From Octopus sinensis (taxonomy: Eukaryota): a stretch of 64,000 nt of DNA. Shown one piece after another: positions 12,725 through 26,087 of this stretch. Every line of letters starts with the position of its first letter. The first letter of the stretch is position 1. A program made the translations under genes and the position numbers. The stretch lies in contig NC_043013.1 in assembly GCF_006345805.1 (NCBI RefSeq), positions 41,726,001 to 41,790,000 of the forward strand, given 5' to 3'. The notes under the pieces were generated by a model. It had not been told where the DNA came from and searched no databases. It worked only from the letters and a program-made list of their open reading frames with translations.

Positions 12725-12960
12725 GGTTAAAAACAGTAAGATAACAAAAGAAAGAAAGAGACCTCAATATTATGTAAATAGAGGAAATTTATCTGTAAAA
12801 TAATATGTGATAGTTATTCAATACCCAAAATAAAACTCTGAGTTTCGGATGCCGAGGTGGAAATCCACAACACCATCTCTTCGGTTATCTGGCCACCTCG
12901 GCATCCGAAACTCAGAGTTTTATCTTGGCTACTGAATAATAGTCACATATTATTTTAGAT
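12725..12960. mobile_element. (TA)n-flanked palindromic fragment, probably the end of a Penelope-like element
   Basis: Perfect 31-bp arms at 12830-12860 and 12893-12923, extended imperfectly to 12791-12960. Confidence 0.55.
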
Positions 12961-13311
12961 ATATATATATAGATAGATATATATGAAGAAGAGAAGGTGG
13001 GCAGTTGAAAATTAATAATTATTTATCATTAACAAATTGGTAATCTTTATTTCTTTCAGCCATTTCCATAAGTACTCAATAATTAAATTAGAAATTTGTG
13101 CATTAAATTTGCATTAATATGTTACGGGCATAATTTCATCAGTGAAAAAGATATACTTTAAGATGTTACATGCCAAGTTATCAACAGACTAGACAATACT
13201 AGGTATTGTACTAGTATTCCCTCGGATGTGACCATCCATTCTTGAGGTTAACATATCCTCTAAATAAATTGATATATATTATACACACACAACACACACA
13301 CACCACACACA

Positions 13312-13366
<55 letters not shown>

Positions 13367-13380
13367 TTATATGATATATA

Positions 13381-13545
13381 TGTGAATGCTCGGGGCCTCA
13401 TATCAGTGAGTGCGCATTGATGCCGTCGAGAGGTAGGCTCGAAACGGCGCGCATTCTCTCCTGATGACCCATTACACTTGCTGGCTTCCGGTATGCGGAG
13501 TTCTCGACTGGTAGCACTTGCATGTGCAAGTTGTTTGCAAGACAT
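13381..13545 (+). mobile_element. (TA)n-bounded fragment with a degenerate minimal hammerhead-like motif
   Basis: TGCGC-ATTGATG-CC...GGCTC-GAAACGGC-GCGCA follows the order stem I, CUGANGA, stem II, GAAA, short stem III, stem I', but core positions are mutated or deleted. Confidence 0.4.
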
Positions 13546-14572
13546 ATTATATATATATATATAATATATATATTATATATATATAATTACTCGATAGCCT
13601 GTTGCTTATTTTGACATTATTCACCTTACTTCGAGCTGTGTACCGATAATGCCAGATTGATTTGGTGCTTCAAGTTAAGTACCTAATTCAACAGAATCTC
13701 AATTATTTCTTTTTATATCGTTGTCATCGTCGTCGTCTTTGTGTTATGGTGGTCGTAGTGATAGTAGTGGTAGTGGTCGTGGTCGTGGTCGTAGTGGTGG
13801 TAGTGGTGGCGGCGGTGGTGGTGGTGGTGGTGGTGGTGGTGGTGGTGGTGGTTGTGTGATGGTAATGTTGATGATAGTGGTGGCATTGGTGGCGTTGAAG
13901 GAGGAGGATGAGGAGGAGGTGCTGGTGTTACCAAAAACAAAACTGAAACAGCAACTGCAACTACTACAGGGTTCAAAAATTAGGAGAGAAACTCGACCAC
14001 AGTATATACTCGTATATATTAAACGACCGAGATGTTACGTCATTGGTATATGTATATATATATATATATTATATATATATACATACACACAAAAGGTGCG
14101 GAAGCAGTCTAGAACATATGGTGATATATTGAGGAATAACCGGGTAGAATGGCCGACAGGAGTGCTACTGGTTGTGGTGGTGGTGGTAGTGTTGGTGTTG
14201 GTGGTGTTGGGTGATGGCTGTTGGGAGAGGGGATAGTGGGAGTGAAGGACAGCAAGAACAACAACAACAACGAAGAAGACGATAGGGAATAATGTTAACA
14301 ACTGTAATGTCGAGTACGACTGTAAACCGGAAGCATTTACCCAGGCCTTCCTCGTGAAAGGATAATTATCATAAATAATGTATACATGGGTAGGTAAAGA
14401 GAGCGGAGAAGGAATTTGTATATGCCTACATGTATGTATGTATGTATGTATGTATGTATGTATGTAGGTATGTATTTTTCTATCTATCTACCTATCTACA
14501 TATTTATTTGACTGTCTATCTATTTTTCTATTTATATCAATATATACATGTGGTGTTGTGTATGTACCTATT

Positions 14573-14623
<51 letters not shown>

Positions 14624-14626
<3 letters not shown>

Positions 14627-15343
14627 AAAATTGAAACTGAAAACGGGCAACTAACCTTTAGAAATTTTAAATTTCGTTATCTCTATATTAGTCCGAAATT
14701 GATTCAATATAGAGATAACGAAATTTAAATTTTCTAAAGGTTAGTTGCCCGTTTTCAGTTTCAATTTTCCTGTAACAAGCGGATATAAGTGGATAAACAG
14801 TGTATTGGCTTTAGAATAACCCTCTTTAGCCCTTAATTATATGATGTATATGCAACCGTAACGGTTTTTTTAAATATACTGCCCACGCTTCCTGATGAAT
14901 TCCTTTGCTGTAGAGTGTAGAGTAAGGGATTCATCCTATATTGCTTAGTAGGTAAACTCGATGCTTGCTACAGGAGGACTGGTAACCATTACAATTTGTA
15001 GCGGCGAAAGGTCTGGACGTTGTTTTCTGAGGCTGACCAAAGAATTTTATTTTTAGATATAAGTGATGTACTCAAGTGTAGTTATGTTTTTAGCTTGTGC
15101 TTTTTCCATGATCATACGTGAGTATTTTATTTATATCCCATCGAAAGTTCTACTGAAGAAGGAATATATCTTTTTTTATAAGATTAAGTCCGAAATTGAT
15201 TCAATATAGAGATAACGAAATTTAAATTTTCTAAAGGTTAGTTGCCCGTTTTCAGTTTCAATTTTCCTGTAACAAGCGGATTATAAGTGGATAAAACAGT
15301 GTGTATTTGGCTTTAGAATAACCCTCTTTAGCCCTTAATTATA

Positions 15344-15347
<4 letters not shown>
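14624..15347 (-). mobile_element. Penelope-like element remnant: ~157-bp direct repeats plus a 66-bp terminal inversion, (TA)n on both sides
   Basis: Direct repeats at 14690-14845 and 15187-15347. Inverted arms at 14624-14689 and 14706-14771. The minus strand between them ends ...SCSKHRVYLLSNIG*, resembling the C-terminal Cys/His tail of PLE proteins. Confidence 0.6.
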
Positions 15348-15382
<35 letters not shown>

Positions 15383-15397
15383 CATGACTATATAAGT

Positions 15398-15497
15398 NNN
15401 NNNNNNNNNNNNNNNNNNNNNNNNNNNNNNNNNNNNNNNNNNNNNNNNNNNNNNNNNNNNNNNNNNNNNNNNNNNNNNNNNNNNNNNNNNNNNNNNN
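15398..15497. other. Assembly gap (100 N)
   Basis: Run of exactly 100 N. Confidence 0.99.
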
Positions 15498-15536
15498 AGT
15501 AACGGTGGTAGTAGCGGTGGTGGTGGTGGTGGTGGA

Positions 15537-15567
<31 letters not shown>

Positions 15568-16245
15568 ACGGTGGTAGTAGCGGCGGTGGTGGTGGTGGAG
15601 GTGGTAGTAGTAGTAAGTAGTAGTAACGGTGGTAGTAGCGGCGGTGATGGTGGTGGAGGTGGTAGTAGTAGTAGTAGTAGTAGTAGTGACGGTGGTAGTA
15701 GCGGTGGTGGTGGTGGTGGTGGTGTTTAAGATGTCTGTATGTGTGATTCCTTGGTGGTACTGCAAGTAAACTGGGTAATAGCCCAGTTGTTGTGCGCCTA
15801 GTAGTGTTGGTTGTTGGTTGTTTGTTGTTGTTGGTGATGGTGGGAGAGGTGGTGATGGTAGTAGTGGCAGTGGTAGTGGTAATTGTGGTCCTTGTGAATG
15901 ATGGTGATATTGGTGGTGAGTTTGCTGGTGATTATGGCGACAGTAGGGATGGTGGTGGTGGTGGTCTGGGTAGTGACAGTGATGGTAAGGGTGGTGGTAA
16001 TGGTGGTGGTGGTGGTGGTTGTGGGGCTGATGGTGGTGACGTTGTCGGTATTGGTGGGGTGGTGGTGGTGCTGGTGGTAGTTGTGGTGATGCCGATGTGG
16101 TAGCGGGGGTGATAGTGATAGTCATGGTAGTGATGGTAGTGGTGGTGGGTTCGGTAGGTTTGGTGGTATGGTGACCGTGGTAGGGAAAAGAAATAGCATA
16201 GCTGTTGAAGTATAACGGTTGTAGTGGAGGTGGTGCTGCTACTGA

Positions 16246-16277
<32 letters not shown>

Positions 16278-17208
16278 TAGTAGTGTAGTAGTAGTAGTGA
16301 TGGTAGTGGTGGTGATGGTGGTGTTGGTGATGGCGGTAGTAGTTGTAGTAGTAGTGATGGTAGTGATGGTGGTGGTGGTGATGGTGGTGTTGGTGATGGC
16401 GGTAGTAGTAGTAGTAGTGCTGGTAGTGGTGGTGGTGTTGTTGGTGGTGTTGGTAGTAGAAATAGTATTAGTAGTAGTGATGGTAGTGATGTTGGTGGTT
16501 GTGGTGGTAGTAGAAATAGTAGTGGTAGTGGTGGTGGTGATGGTGATGGTGTTGGTAGTAGAAATAGTAGTAGTAGTGATGGTAGTGATGGCGGTGGTGG
16601 TGGTGGTAGTAGTGTTGGTGGTGGTGGTGGTGGGGAGTAGTGATGGTGGTGATGGTGATGGTACCAGTGGTGGTTGGTGATGGTGGTGATGGTGGTAATG
16701 GTGGTTGTGTAGCGGTGTTGCTATGGTTGTAGTTATGATGGTGGTGGGGAAAGTGTGATGGTGATGGTACCAGTGGTGGGTGGTGGTGGTGGTGGTGGTT
16801 TGTGTTGGTGAATTCGAACCCAAAGCGCAACTAAGTATATTAAATGCATTTAGCCCTGTGCCCTATTCTACTGCTCCCTCCAAGCATATCATTGAAATCG
16901 TTCCCGAAGAAAGAACCTTGCAAATAATCGATGGCAAACCAACTCGAAACTTGATTGATTTTATTATTTTCTGCTTTTTTGTTGTTTGTTGTTTTGATTT
17001 TGTTTGCTTGTTTTTTTCATTTTATTTTATTTTATTTTATTTTGCTAAAGAAAACGGGTGGTTTTGAGGGACAGAGAGAATTCTTTGTGAAAAATATATG
17101 TGTTCTTTGGATCACTGCTGAATACTGGGTCTTCGCGTAAGCGTGGCGATGGTGATTGATGACAGGGTCAACGACGATGACGATCATCAAGGAAAACGAT
17201 GACCATGG

Positions 17209-17242
<34 letters not shown>

Positions 17243-17292
17243 AAGGAGAGGGAGGATGAGAAGGCGAACGACAACGACGAAGGCGATGACAA

Positions 17293-17326
<34 letters not shown>

Positions 17327-17760
17327 GGTGGTGGTGATGGTGATGATGATGTTGATGATGATGATGATGACGATGGTGATGATGATGATGATGATGGTGA
17401 TGATTTGATGGTGGTGGTGGTGGTGATGATGATGATGGTGATGGTGATGGTGGTGCTGGTGATGATGGTGATCATGATGGTGGTGGTGGTGATGATGGTG
17501 ATGATGATGATGGTGATGTCGATGGTGATGATGGTGATGATGGTGATGATGATGGTGGTGGTGGTGGTGGTGATGATGATGGTGATGATGATGATGATGA
17601 TGATGATGATGGTGGTGGTGATGATGGTGCTCATGATGGTGGTGGTGGTGATGATGATGATTGATGATGGTGTGACACTGAAGATTTGGATGGCCATGAT
17701 GATGACGACGACTACGATGATTATGACAACGACGACGACGATGATGACGACAGCAATGAT
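15498..17760 (+). repeat. Degenerate (GGT/GTA/GAT)n trinucleotide tracts
   Basis: Direct reading. The poly-V/T/H/M ORFs here are repeat artefacts. Confidence 0.95.
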
Positions 17761-18310
17761 AATTATGCTGATGAACTTTCTTCGACGTTTGAGCATCCAG
17801 GAATCGGGTCAGATTTTGACGACCTACTACTCATCAAAATCTCACTCGAAGCGGCTGAGTAATCCGCAGATATGTGCTACCTGGCTCTTCATCGGTTACG
17901 ACGACGAGGTTTCCTGTTGATTCGATCAACGAAACAGCCACCAAATGAAATTAATGTGCAAGAATTGAACCCGAAACCGCGTGGTTGTAAAGCAAGCTTC
18001 TGAGCTACACACCCATGTCTGTATGTGTTTGTTTGATTTTTGTATTTTGTTTTTTTTTTCTTTTCTTGCTCACTTTCTTTCCACCTGATGTAATGAACTG
18101 AAGTGTATCGACCCACGAATTGAACCTGTGAACTCATTTGGCTGACGATCAGAAGAGCGGAAAGCTTAATCCATCAGTCTGTGATGAGCGTTGTTTTATG
18201 AAGAAATAAACAAACATATTTCTTAGAATTTTGTTGTTACTGCTGTCAGCCTGATTGAACAGATCTATGATTAAACGTGCTTTTGCCGCAACAACCCAGT
18301 GTATCTACAC

Positions 18311-18626
18311 CAGGCCTGGCCAACTCGAATTACCTTGTGGGCCACTTTAATCACAGAAAGTGTTTTGAGGGCCGCTTGTGTACTGACAGAATTGAAAGCA
18401 TTTTGCTTTCTCATGCTATTATTACAATAATGAATGAATGATCGTTGATTCAACATGAAATATAATCGTTGCAAAAACAGTAGTATCTTTCTTTTTTGAC
18501 TTTTCATTACAAACTTTAATTTTTAAAATGTTTAAATAAACTCATTTCAAGAAAGTCTCGAGCGGGCCGCGAGACAAAAGACTGCGGGCCGCATGCAACC
18601 CACGGGCTTCAGATTGGCTAGCCCTG
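18311..18626. mobile_element. hAT (Charlie-type) MITE
   Basis: Ends CAGGCCTGGCCAAC...GATTGGCTAGCCCTG, a subterminal GCGGGCCGC motif, and 8-bp flanks atctacac / atctagat that fit the NTCTAGAN target. Confidence 0.75.
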
Positions 18627-20638
18627 ATCTAGATTCACAATATGCGACGTCCTTCCTTTTTAAACACAGCAAAGTATCATTTGAGTGAGGTTTGTTGTTA
18701 TTTTTGCTTTCTGAAAATAACTCCCAGCATTCCCGTAGAGGCTTGCCATTAGCTTAATCTCAAAACAAGGTTTGTTGCTATTATTGTCGTTGATGTTGCT
18801 TCCGTTGCTCTTCTTCTTCTTCTTCTTCTTCTTCTTCTTCTTCTTCTTCTTCTTCTTCTTCTTCTTCTTCCAATCAGGACTCACGCCATTTGCCACAAAG
18901 AATAATCTCTAATTCGAGCCTACGCTAAGCTACAAAGAATGCGTGTGGCAACTTGAAGATCCACCCACCACACGCGATGATAGACTGGTGGTTGCACGGG
19001 CGCGAAAGCTACGTTGTTATCCTCATTCCGTGAACGGTGGCTTTTAACGGGTGGAGAGATGAACCATCCTGGGGTACAGAGGATTCGCAATCTAGACTAG
19101 GGACTGAAAGTTTACCACACCATTGTGGGTTACACCATGGTTCCTCTGCTTTATAGAAGAAGTAGGAGGAAAGAGTGAGAGAAAGTTGTGGTGAAAGAGT
19201 ACAGCGGGGTTCACCCTCCCCCCACGCCGGAGCCTCGTAGTTGCTGCTGCTATCGTTGCTTAGCCTAAAGTCAGTCCAAAATAAGCAGACCTCTTGATCA
19301 AAGGCGCTCTATTTACGACCATCCCATTTCCCTTTACTCCAGACGTAGTGTATCTATTATACTTTTTCTCTCGTTTTAAAGGCATTAAGGTATATGATTT
19401 GACGGAGATTTGACTATCTCTACCTATCAGATCGAAGGACCATATAAAGCAGTACTTGTCTAACAGTACCACACAAGGGTGTCACCAGGGATTATCAAAA
19501 ATAAAACTTAATGCTTTAGAAAATCCATGCTAATTCTTAAACATCTTGAAAAACACGCTTTTTATAATTTTATTATACACATGAATAAGAAAGATTAACA
19601 ACAAAAAATCATGATAAATAATAGTTTTCTGAATTTTTTGTTACATTTTAAAATTAGTAACAGTATTTTTTTTTTTAAGATTTTTCATGCGAAGTCTTCA
19701 AGTAGTTTTTTGGTTTGATCTCTAGTGTGTTACGAAGTTAAAAGATTAAGAACTACAGCGGCTATAGAAACTCCCCTTGTTGATACGAGAAGTGGTTATC
19801 ATGTTTGCTGCGCAAAAGCAAAGGTTTAAGAATTTGCTAAACTACAGTCCGTGTGTTGCAATAATATTTGGTTACGAGGGAAACAGAAACAAAAATAATA
19901 ATACATGATAATAAAAAGCGCCTTTTTCTGAGAAGTTCCATTTCAACAGATGGTGGTTGTGGTGATTGTAATGGTTGTGATGTTGTTGCAGTGGTTGTGG
20001 GGGTAATGTGAACGTAGGGTGGGGGGGAGGAAATGAAGAACATGGCGGTGACGGTGAGGGCCGTTATAATGGATGGTAGACGTGGTTTGGCAGGAGTAGT
20101 GGGAGGAGGTATGCTGGTAAGGGACGTAGTGGCAGATGAGGGAGTCTTTTAATTTGCAGGTCACACACAGGGTTTGAATGTGCGTGTGTGTGTGGTGAGT
20201 GCGGCATGCGTGCGTGTATGTGTGTATGTGTGTGTGTGGTGTGTGTGTGTGTACGTGTGTCTGTTTCTCCGTATGTGTGTGTAAAGACTATATGTATATA
20301 TATGTGAATGAGGCCGTTGCTACGTATACAAGACGTAAGGATATTGGATGACGTATGTCTAAGCACGTTTTTATGTGAATATGGGCGTGTGCGTGCGTCT
20401 GCGTATGTATGTGTGTGTGTGTGTGTGTGTGTTGTGTGTATGCATGTGTGTGAATACGTGTGTGTGTGAGTGTGTCTGAGAGAATACTTTTTCATGTGTT
20501 AAAATATCTTCCTACAACAAAAAACTATATTTTTCTGTCTGCATGTACCTATATACATGCATGAATGTATATGTGCATGCATGTACGTATGTATGTCTGT
20601 ATATATATGCATGTATATGTAGGCATTATATATATATA

Positions 20639-20676
<38 letters not shown>

Positions 20677-20878
20677 GGAGAGTACTTGCATAGCAAGTGA
20701 CCTGATCTGAGATCGTGTGCGTGAAACAAAAACAATTGCAGCGTGGAAGGTGTTTATAAGCCATTTAAAAACCCTTTCACGCTGCAATTTTATATATATA
20801 TATATAAAGAAAACACAGCAACGCGAGGACGTGGAACAATTAAAGTATTATTTGACACTCTGGAAAGAAGGGAAGGAG

Positions 20879-20934
<56 letters not shown>

Positions 20935-20954
20935 TACTTGTGTGTGTGTGTGTT

Positions 20955-20996
<42 letters not shown>

Positions 20997-21774
20997 TATA
21001 TGGGTTCAATCCCACGGCGTGGTACCTTGGGCAAATATCCCCTAATATAGTCCCAGAGAGACCAAAGCCTTCTGGGTGGATTTGGTAGACGGAAACTGAA
21101 GGAATCATGCGTACAAGTGTTGTGTGTGGCGCGCGCGCGCTTGTGTCTACCCAGCACACCGTTTAACAACCGGTATTGTTGTTCCCGTAACTTAGCGGTC
21201 GGCAATAAAGACCGACAGAATAAGTACCAGGGGCTCTAAAGATAATAAGTACAGATGACGATTCCTTTAACTAAAATTTCTTCATAGCCATGCTCCAGCA
21301 TGGCCGCAGCCTAATGGCTGTAACAAGTAAAAGAATAAAAGAAGGCATACTTGAATATGTATATGTACTCTTATGCTTGAGTGTGTGTGTGTCTGTGTCT
21401 GTGTGTGCGTGTATGTAGAGAGAGAGAGAGAATGGCAGACGGTGAGACAGATGCATGTGTGTATATGTGCACACATACATATAAATACAAAGGCATACAT
21501 ACATACATACATACATACATACATACATACATACATACATACATACATACATACATGCATGCAGACAGACAGATAGACGAGCAGGCAGACAGGCAGATAT
21601 ACTTATATTACAGCTTTATCATAACTTTCATCAGTGCAACCGTTATATATACATACATACATACATACATATATATATATATGTTATATATATATATATA
21701 TTATATATATATATATAATATATATATATATATATTATACATACCCATATATATATATACATACATATATTATG

Positions 21775-21804
<30 letters not shown>

Positions 21805-21805
<1 letters not shown>

Positions 21806-22209
21806 TTTGACCGGGCCCCTTACTTCGAAGCATGGTTGTGAAAGAAAACAACTTGCATTGTTCGTTATCTTTTAAATCATAGGAAGTTCTTGCGAATTCT
21901 TAAAATCCCAGATAATGTATATATGTATGTATACATACGTATATGTAAGTATGTATGCATGTATGTATGTATGTATGTATGTATGTATGTATGTATGCAT
22001 GCGTATATGTATATATAAGCATGTATGTATGTATGCAAGTGTGTGTGTGCATGTATATATGTGTACATATATGTATGTTTTGTGCGCATGTAAGTGTATA
22101 TATGTATGCATGTATGTATGGAGATGCGTACGCATGCAAATTTTTCCTAACTGCTTCTAACTTCAAAGTTTACAGCAAGCACCTGTCAGGTGATAAGCTA
22201 ATAATGATG

Positions 22210-22269
<60 letters not shown>

Positions 22270-22285
22270 TAATAATAATATGATG

Positions 22286-22321
<36 letters not shown>

Positions 22322-22499
22322 TAATAATAATAATAATAATAAAAATACCAATGAAAAGAAGCAACAACCATCTGTCTTGTCATCCATAATACTCTTAGCA
22401 CAACCAGTCTGTCTTTAAATTTTAAAGACTTGTAGAGTTTTAATGTCCAAAGACCACAAATCATGTACAACACAAGAATTACAGAATTACGGACATTTA

Positions 22500-22537
<38 letters not shown>

Positions 22538-22806
22538 AGTGTGCCTAGATAAAAGTACAGTTGAACTTGCGTTCTAGAATAAATGTCGTAATTCTGTAAT
22601 TCTTTGTTGTACATGATTTGTTGGTCTTTGGACATTAAAACTCTACAAGTCTTTAAAATTTAAAGACAGACTGGTTGTGCTAAGAGTATTATGGATGACA
22701 AGACAGATGGTTGTTGCTTCTTTTCATGGTATTTTTATTATTATTATTATATTATTATTATTATTATTATATTATTATTATATCATCATATATTATTATT
22801 ATTATA

Positions 22807-22847
<41 letters not shown>

Positions 22848-23250
22848 TATTTTATTATCATCATTATTAGCTTGTCACCTGACAGGTGCTTGCTGTAAAC
22901 TTTGAAGTTAGAAGCAGTTAGGAAAAATTTGCATGCGTACGCATCTCCATACATACATGCATACATATATACACTTACATGCGCACAAAACATACATATA
23001 TGTACACATATATACATGCACACACACACTTGCATACATACATACATGCTTATATATACATATACGCATGCATACATACATACATACATACATACATACA
23101 TACATGCATACATATTTACATATACGTATGTATACATACATATATACATTATCTGGGATTTTAAGAATTCGCAAGAACTTCCTATGATTTAAAAGATAAC
23201 GAACAATGCAAGTTGTTTTCTTTCACAACCATGCTTCGAAGTAAGGGGCC
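21805..23250. repeat. ~700-bp-arm inverted duplication, arms ~21805-22500 and ~22577-23250
   Basis: ttttgaccgggcccc...gacatttat is the reverse complement of ataaatgtc...ggggcccggtcaaaa. The spacer is (TA)n plus ~45 bp unique. Confidence 0.93.
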
Positions 23251-24135
23251 CGGTCAAAATTTACTCCATATAAAAAAGAGCATACATATATACATGCATA
23301 CATGCATACACACATGCATACATACATACATACACACATACATACATACAGACAGGCAGGCAGACAGACAGACAGACAGAGACATTCAGGAAGTAAATAG
23401 ACAACTTTATTATTCAAAATTTCTGATCTAAGCATCCTATATGTTTTCAGCTGTGTAGAATTTACAATGTAATTATTCTTTTTCATTCCAGGTGCCATTA
23501 TATTAAACATTCGCGAAGAGTAACCATGTCACGCACAAAAATTCAGCAGAACTGTCAGATTTTCAAAGAGGTCGTATTGTTGGGCAATCCGAGGCTGGTC
23601 TTAGCCAGCGAAAAACTGCCGAAAATATTCAAATTCCTCTTGCTACTGTTAATAGAATTATAGTGCAATTCAAAAGCCAAGGAAAAGAATCAACAAATAC
23701 TCGTCCCGGCCGACCTGGGCCCTCGAAAATGAGGCTTCGCTGTTTGAAGAGAATTGTGAAAAATGAACCCGTTCGAAGGCTTCTGATATTGCAAAACAGC
23801 TAGAAGTTAGTCCAAGTGTGTTCCATATCTGCATAAGCTTGGGTATTACAGACGAGCAGCTTGAAGAAACCCTCTCCTTCAACCAATTAAAATCAAATAA
23901 AAGATTTTGAAAATTAAAGGCGTCTATATACTTCCTGCATACCTGTGTACATACATACATGCATACCTACATACATCCATATATGCATACTTATATACAT
24001 GCATGCATACATACATACATACATACATAAATATATACATACCTACATACATACATACATACATACATACTTATATGCATGCATACATACATACATACAT
24101 ACATACATGCATACTTATAAACATACATACATACA

Positions 24136-24184
<49 letters not shown>
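22534..24184 (+). repeat. Copy 1 of a duplicated ~1.65-kb unit
   Basis: Starts tgccagtgtgcctagataaaag. The same sequence restarts at ~24589 and, after removing the Dong insertions, continues through 30170-31630. Confidence 0.9.
23526..23895 (+). pseudogene. Tc1-family transposase N-terminal (paired-like HTH) fragment, copy 1
   Basis: [29 protein letters not shown]...TVNRII...RPGRP; frameshifts, no DDE domain, no TIR seen. Confidence 0.8.
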
Positions 24185-24185
<1 letters not shown>

Positions 24186-24401
24186 CTCTCTTTACTCTTT
24201 TACTTGTTTCAGTCATTTGACTGCGGCCATGCTGGGGCACCGCCTTTAGTCGAGCAAATCGACCCCGGGACTTATTCTTTGTAAGCACAGCACTTATTCT
24301 ATCGGTCTCTTTTGCCGAACCGCTAGATGACGGGGACGTAAACACACCAGCATCGGTTGTCAAGCAATGCTAGAGGAACAAACACAGACACACAAACATA
24401 T

Positions 24402-24459
<58 letters not shown>

Positions 24460-24588
24460 GACAAGCTTCTTTCAGTTTTCGTCTACCAAATCCACTCACA
24501 AGGCTTTGGTCGGCCCGAGACACTTGCCCAAGGTGCCACGCAGTGGGACTGAACCTGGAACCATGTGGTTGGTAAGCAAGCTACTTAT
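24185..24588 (-). mobile_element. Family A SINE lacking ~20 nt of its head, lying between unit copies 1 and 2
   Basis: Homologous to 2683-3091; ends at agcaagctactta. Confidence 0.85.
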
Positions 24589-24810
24589 ATGCCAGTGTGC
24601 CTAGATAAAAGTACAGTTGAACTTGCGTTCTAGAATAAATGTCGTAATTCTGTAATTCTTGTGTTGTACATGATCTGTTGGTCTTTGGACATTAAAACTC
24701 TACAAGTCTTTAAAATTTAAAGACAGACTGGTTGTGCTAAGAGTATTATAGATGACAAGACAGACGGTTGTTGCTTCTTTTCATTGGTATTTTTATCATT
24801 ATTATTATTA

Positions 24811-25945
24811 TTTTATCTTTTTTCTTCTTCTTTCAAATTTGCTTCCAATTCTTGCCGAGTGTCTTCCCGACTCCTAGGGCAAAGAAACTCATAGTATACA
24901 TTGGTAGGCCATTAAACTAAACTCACTAGTTCGTTCATTTTTTTTTTTTAGAGTTAAATTAAAATACATGGGTAGTAATAGTTCTCACATCGACAATGCT
25001 CTTCTCAGTACGTGTGATGTACCAGTTAAGACAATCTTTTGCACTTCTTGCAGGGATGGTAAGCCAGGGATCATTCTCATATAATTTTTGGTTTCCTTCT
25101 TGATCATTCCTTGTGCTCCTACGATCACTGGTATTGTAACCGCCTTGAGATGCCACATTTTCACAATTTCAATGGGCAGGTCTTTATATTTTCTGAGCTT
25201 GTCAAACTCTTTCGCCGAGATATTATGATCACATGGGATGCTCATGTCGATCAATAAGCAAACTTTATTGTTTTGGTCTTTCACAACAATATCCGGTTTA
25301 TTGGCTTTGATGGTTCGGTCTGTATGTACTGGAAAGTCCCACAGAATGGTTACATTTTCTCCTTCAGTTACAGCTTCAGGGTGGTGATTATACCACTTGT
25401 CGGCAGTTTCGATATTGTAATGCCGACTTATTAGCCAGTGTAGATATTGGCCAACTCTGTCATGTCTTAATTTATACTCCACTAGTGCTAAGACTTTACA
25501 TCCAGAGATTAGGTGGTCCACTGTTTCAATCATGTCGTTGCAGAATCGGCATTTTGGGACTGCTCCATTTTTCATCATATTGGCCTGGTAGTTCCGGGTT
25601 AATAGGCTTTGATCTTGAGCAGCCAGGATGAAACCTTCGCTGTCTGCTTTTAGCCTGAGCTCCGTAGCCACTGATGGGTTTGCTTCTGGTCAACATCAGC
25701 TTGTTTGCTACGGGCCACATATTTGCCGTGCAGAGGTTTCTCCTCCCACCTATCAGCCAATTGCTCGTGCGCTTTTTTCGTTGCCATTATTTTCGCCTTC
25801 TTTGCAACAATAGTTGCCGTACTTCCCTCGGGTTGTTCAGTTTGGGTATCCTGCACGAGATCAATAGCAAATTTTTTGCTTTTCTTTATGACAGAATGAA
25901 GCTTCTTTCGTCTCTCGTGATTTTCCACGAGCTTTAGCATCCAGG

Positions 25946-25946
<1 letters not shown>
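24811..25946 (-). mobile_element. R4/Dong-clade LINE, 5'-truncated (copy A)
   Basis: ORFs 25650-25940 and 24985-25671 contain the CCHC knuckle (CRFC...ETVDHLISGC), RHD, and the RLE motif KPDIVVKD...LIDMSIP...K. Flanked by (TAA)n. Confidence 0.92.
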
Positions 25947-26005
<59 letters not shown>

Positions 26006-26018
26006 TTAATTATTATTA

Positions 26019-26086
<68 letters not shown>

Positions 26087-26087
<1 letters not shown>

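Noticed and set aside
14885-14935. CTGATGA motif as a hammerhead ribozyme
   Set aside because: It lies inside a simple hairpin and no GAAA box follows.
15347-15500. Biological meaning for the abrupt compositional change
   Set aside because: It coincides with the 100-N scaffold gap, so adjacency across it is uncertain.
16810-17920. Short unique islands between GGT/GAT tracts as possible exons, including a trypsin-like HPG...DDLLLIKI resemblance near 17790
   Set aside because: Splice sites are weak or absent, stops lie nearby, and the motif similarity is too short to support a call.
23526-23895. Domesticated Tc1 DNA-binding gene
   Set aside because: Both copies have a frameshift right after the start codon, and copy 1 has further lesions.
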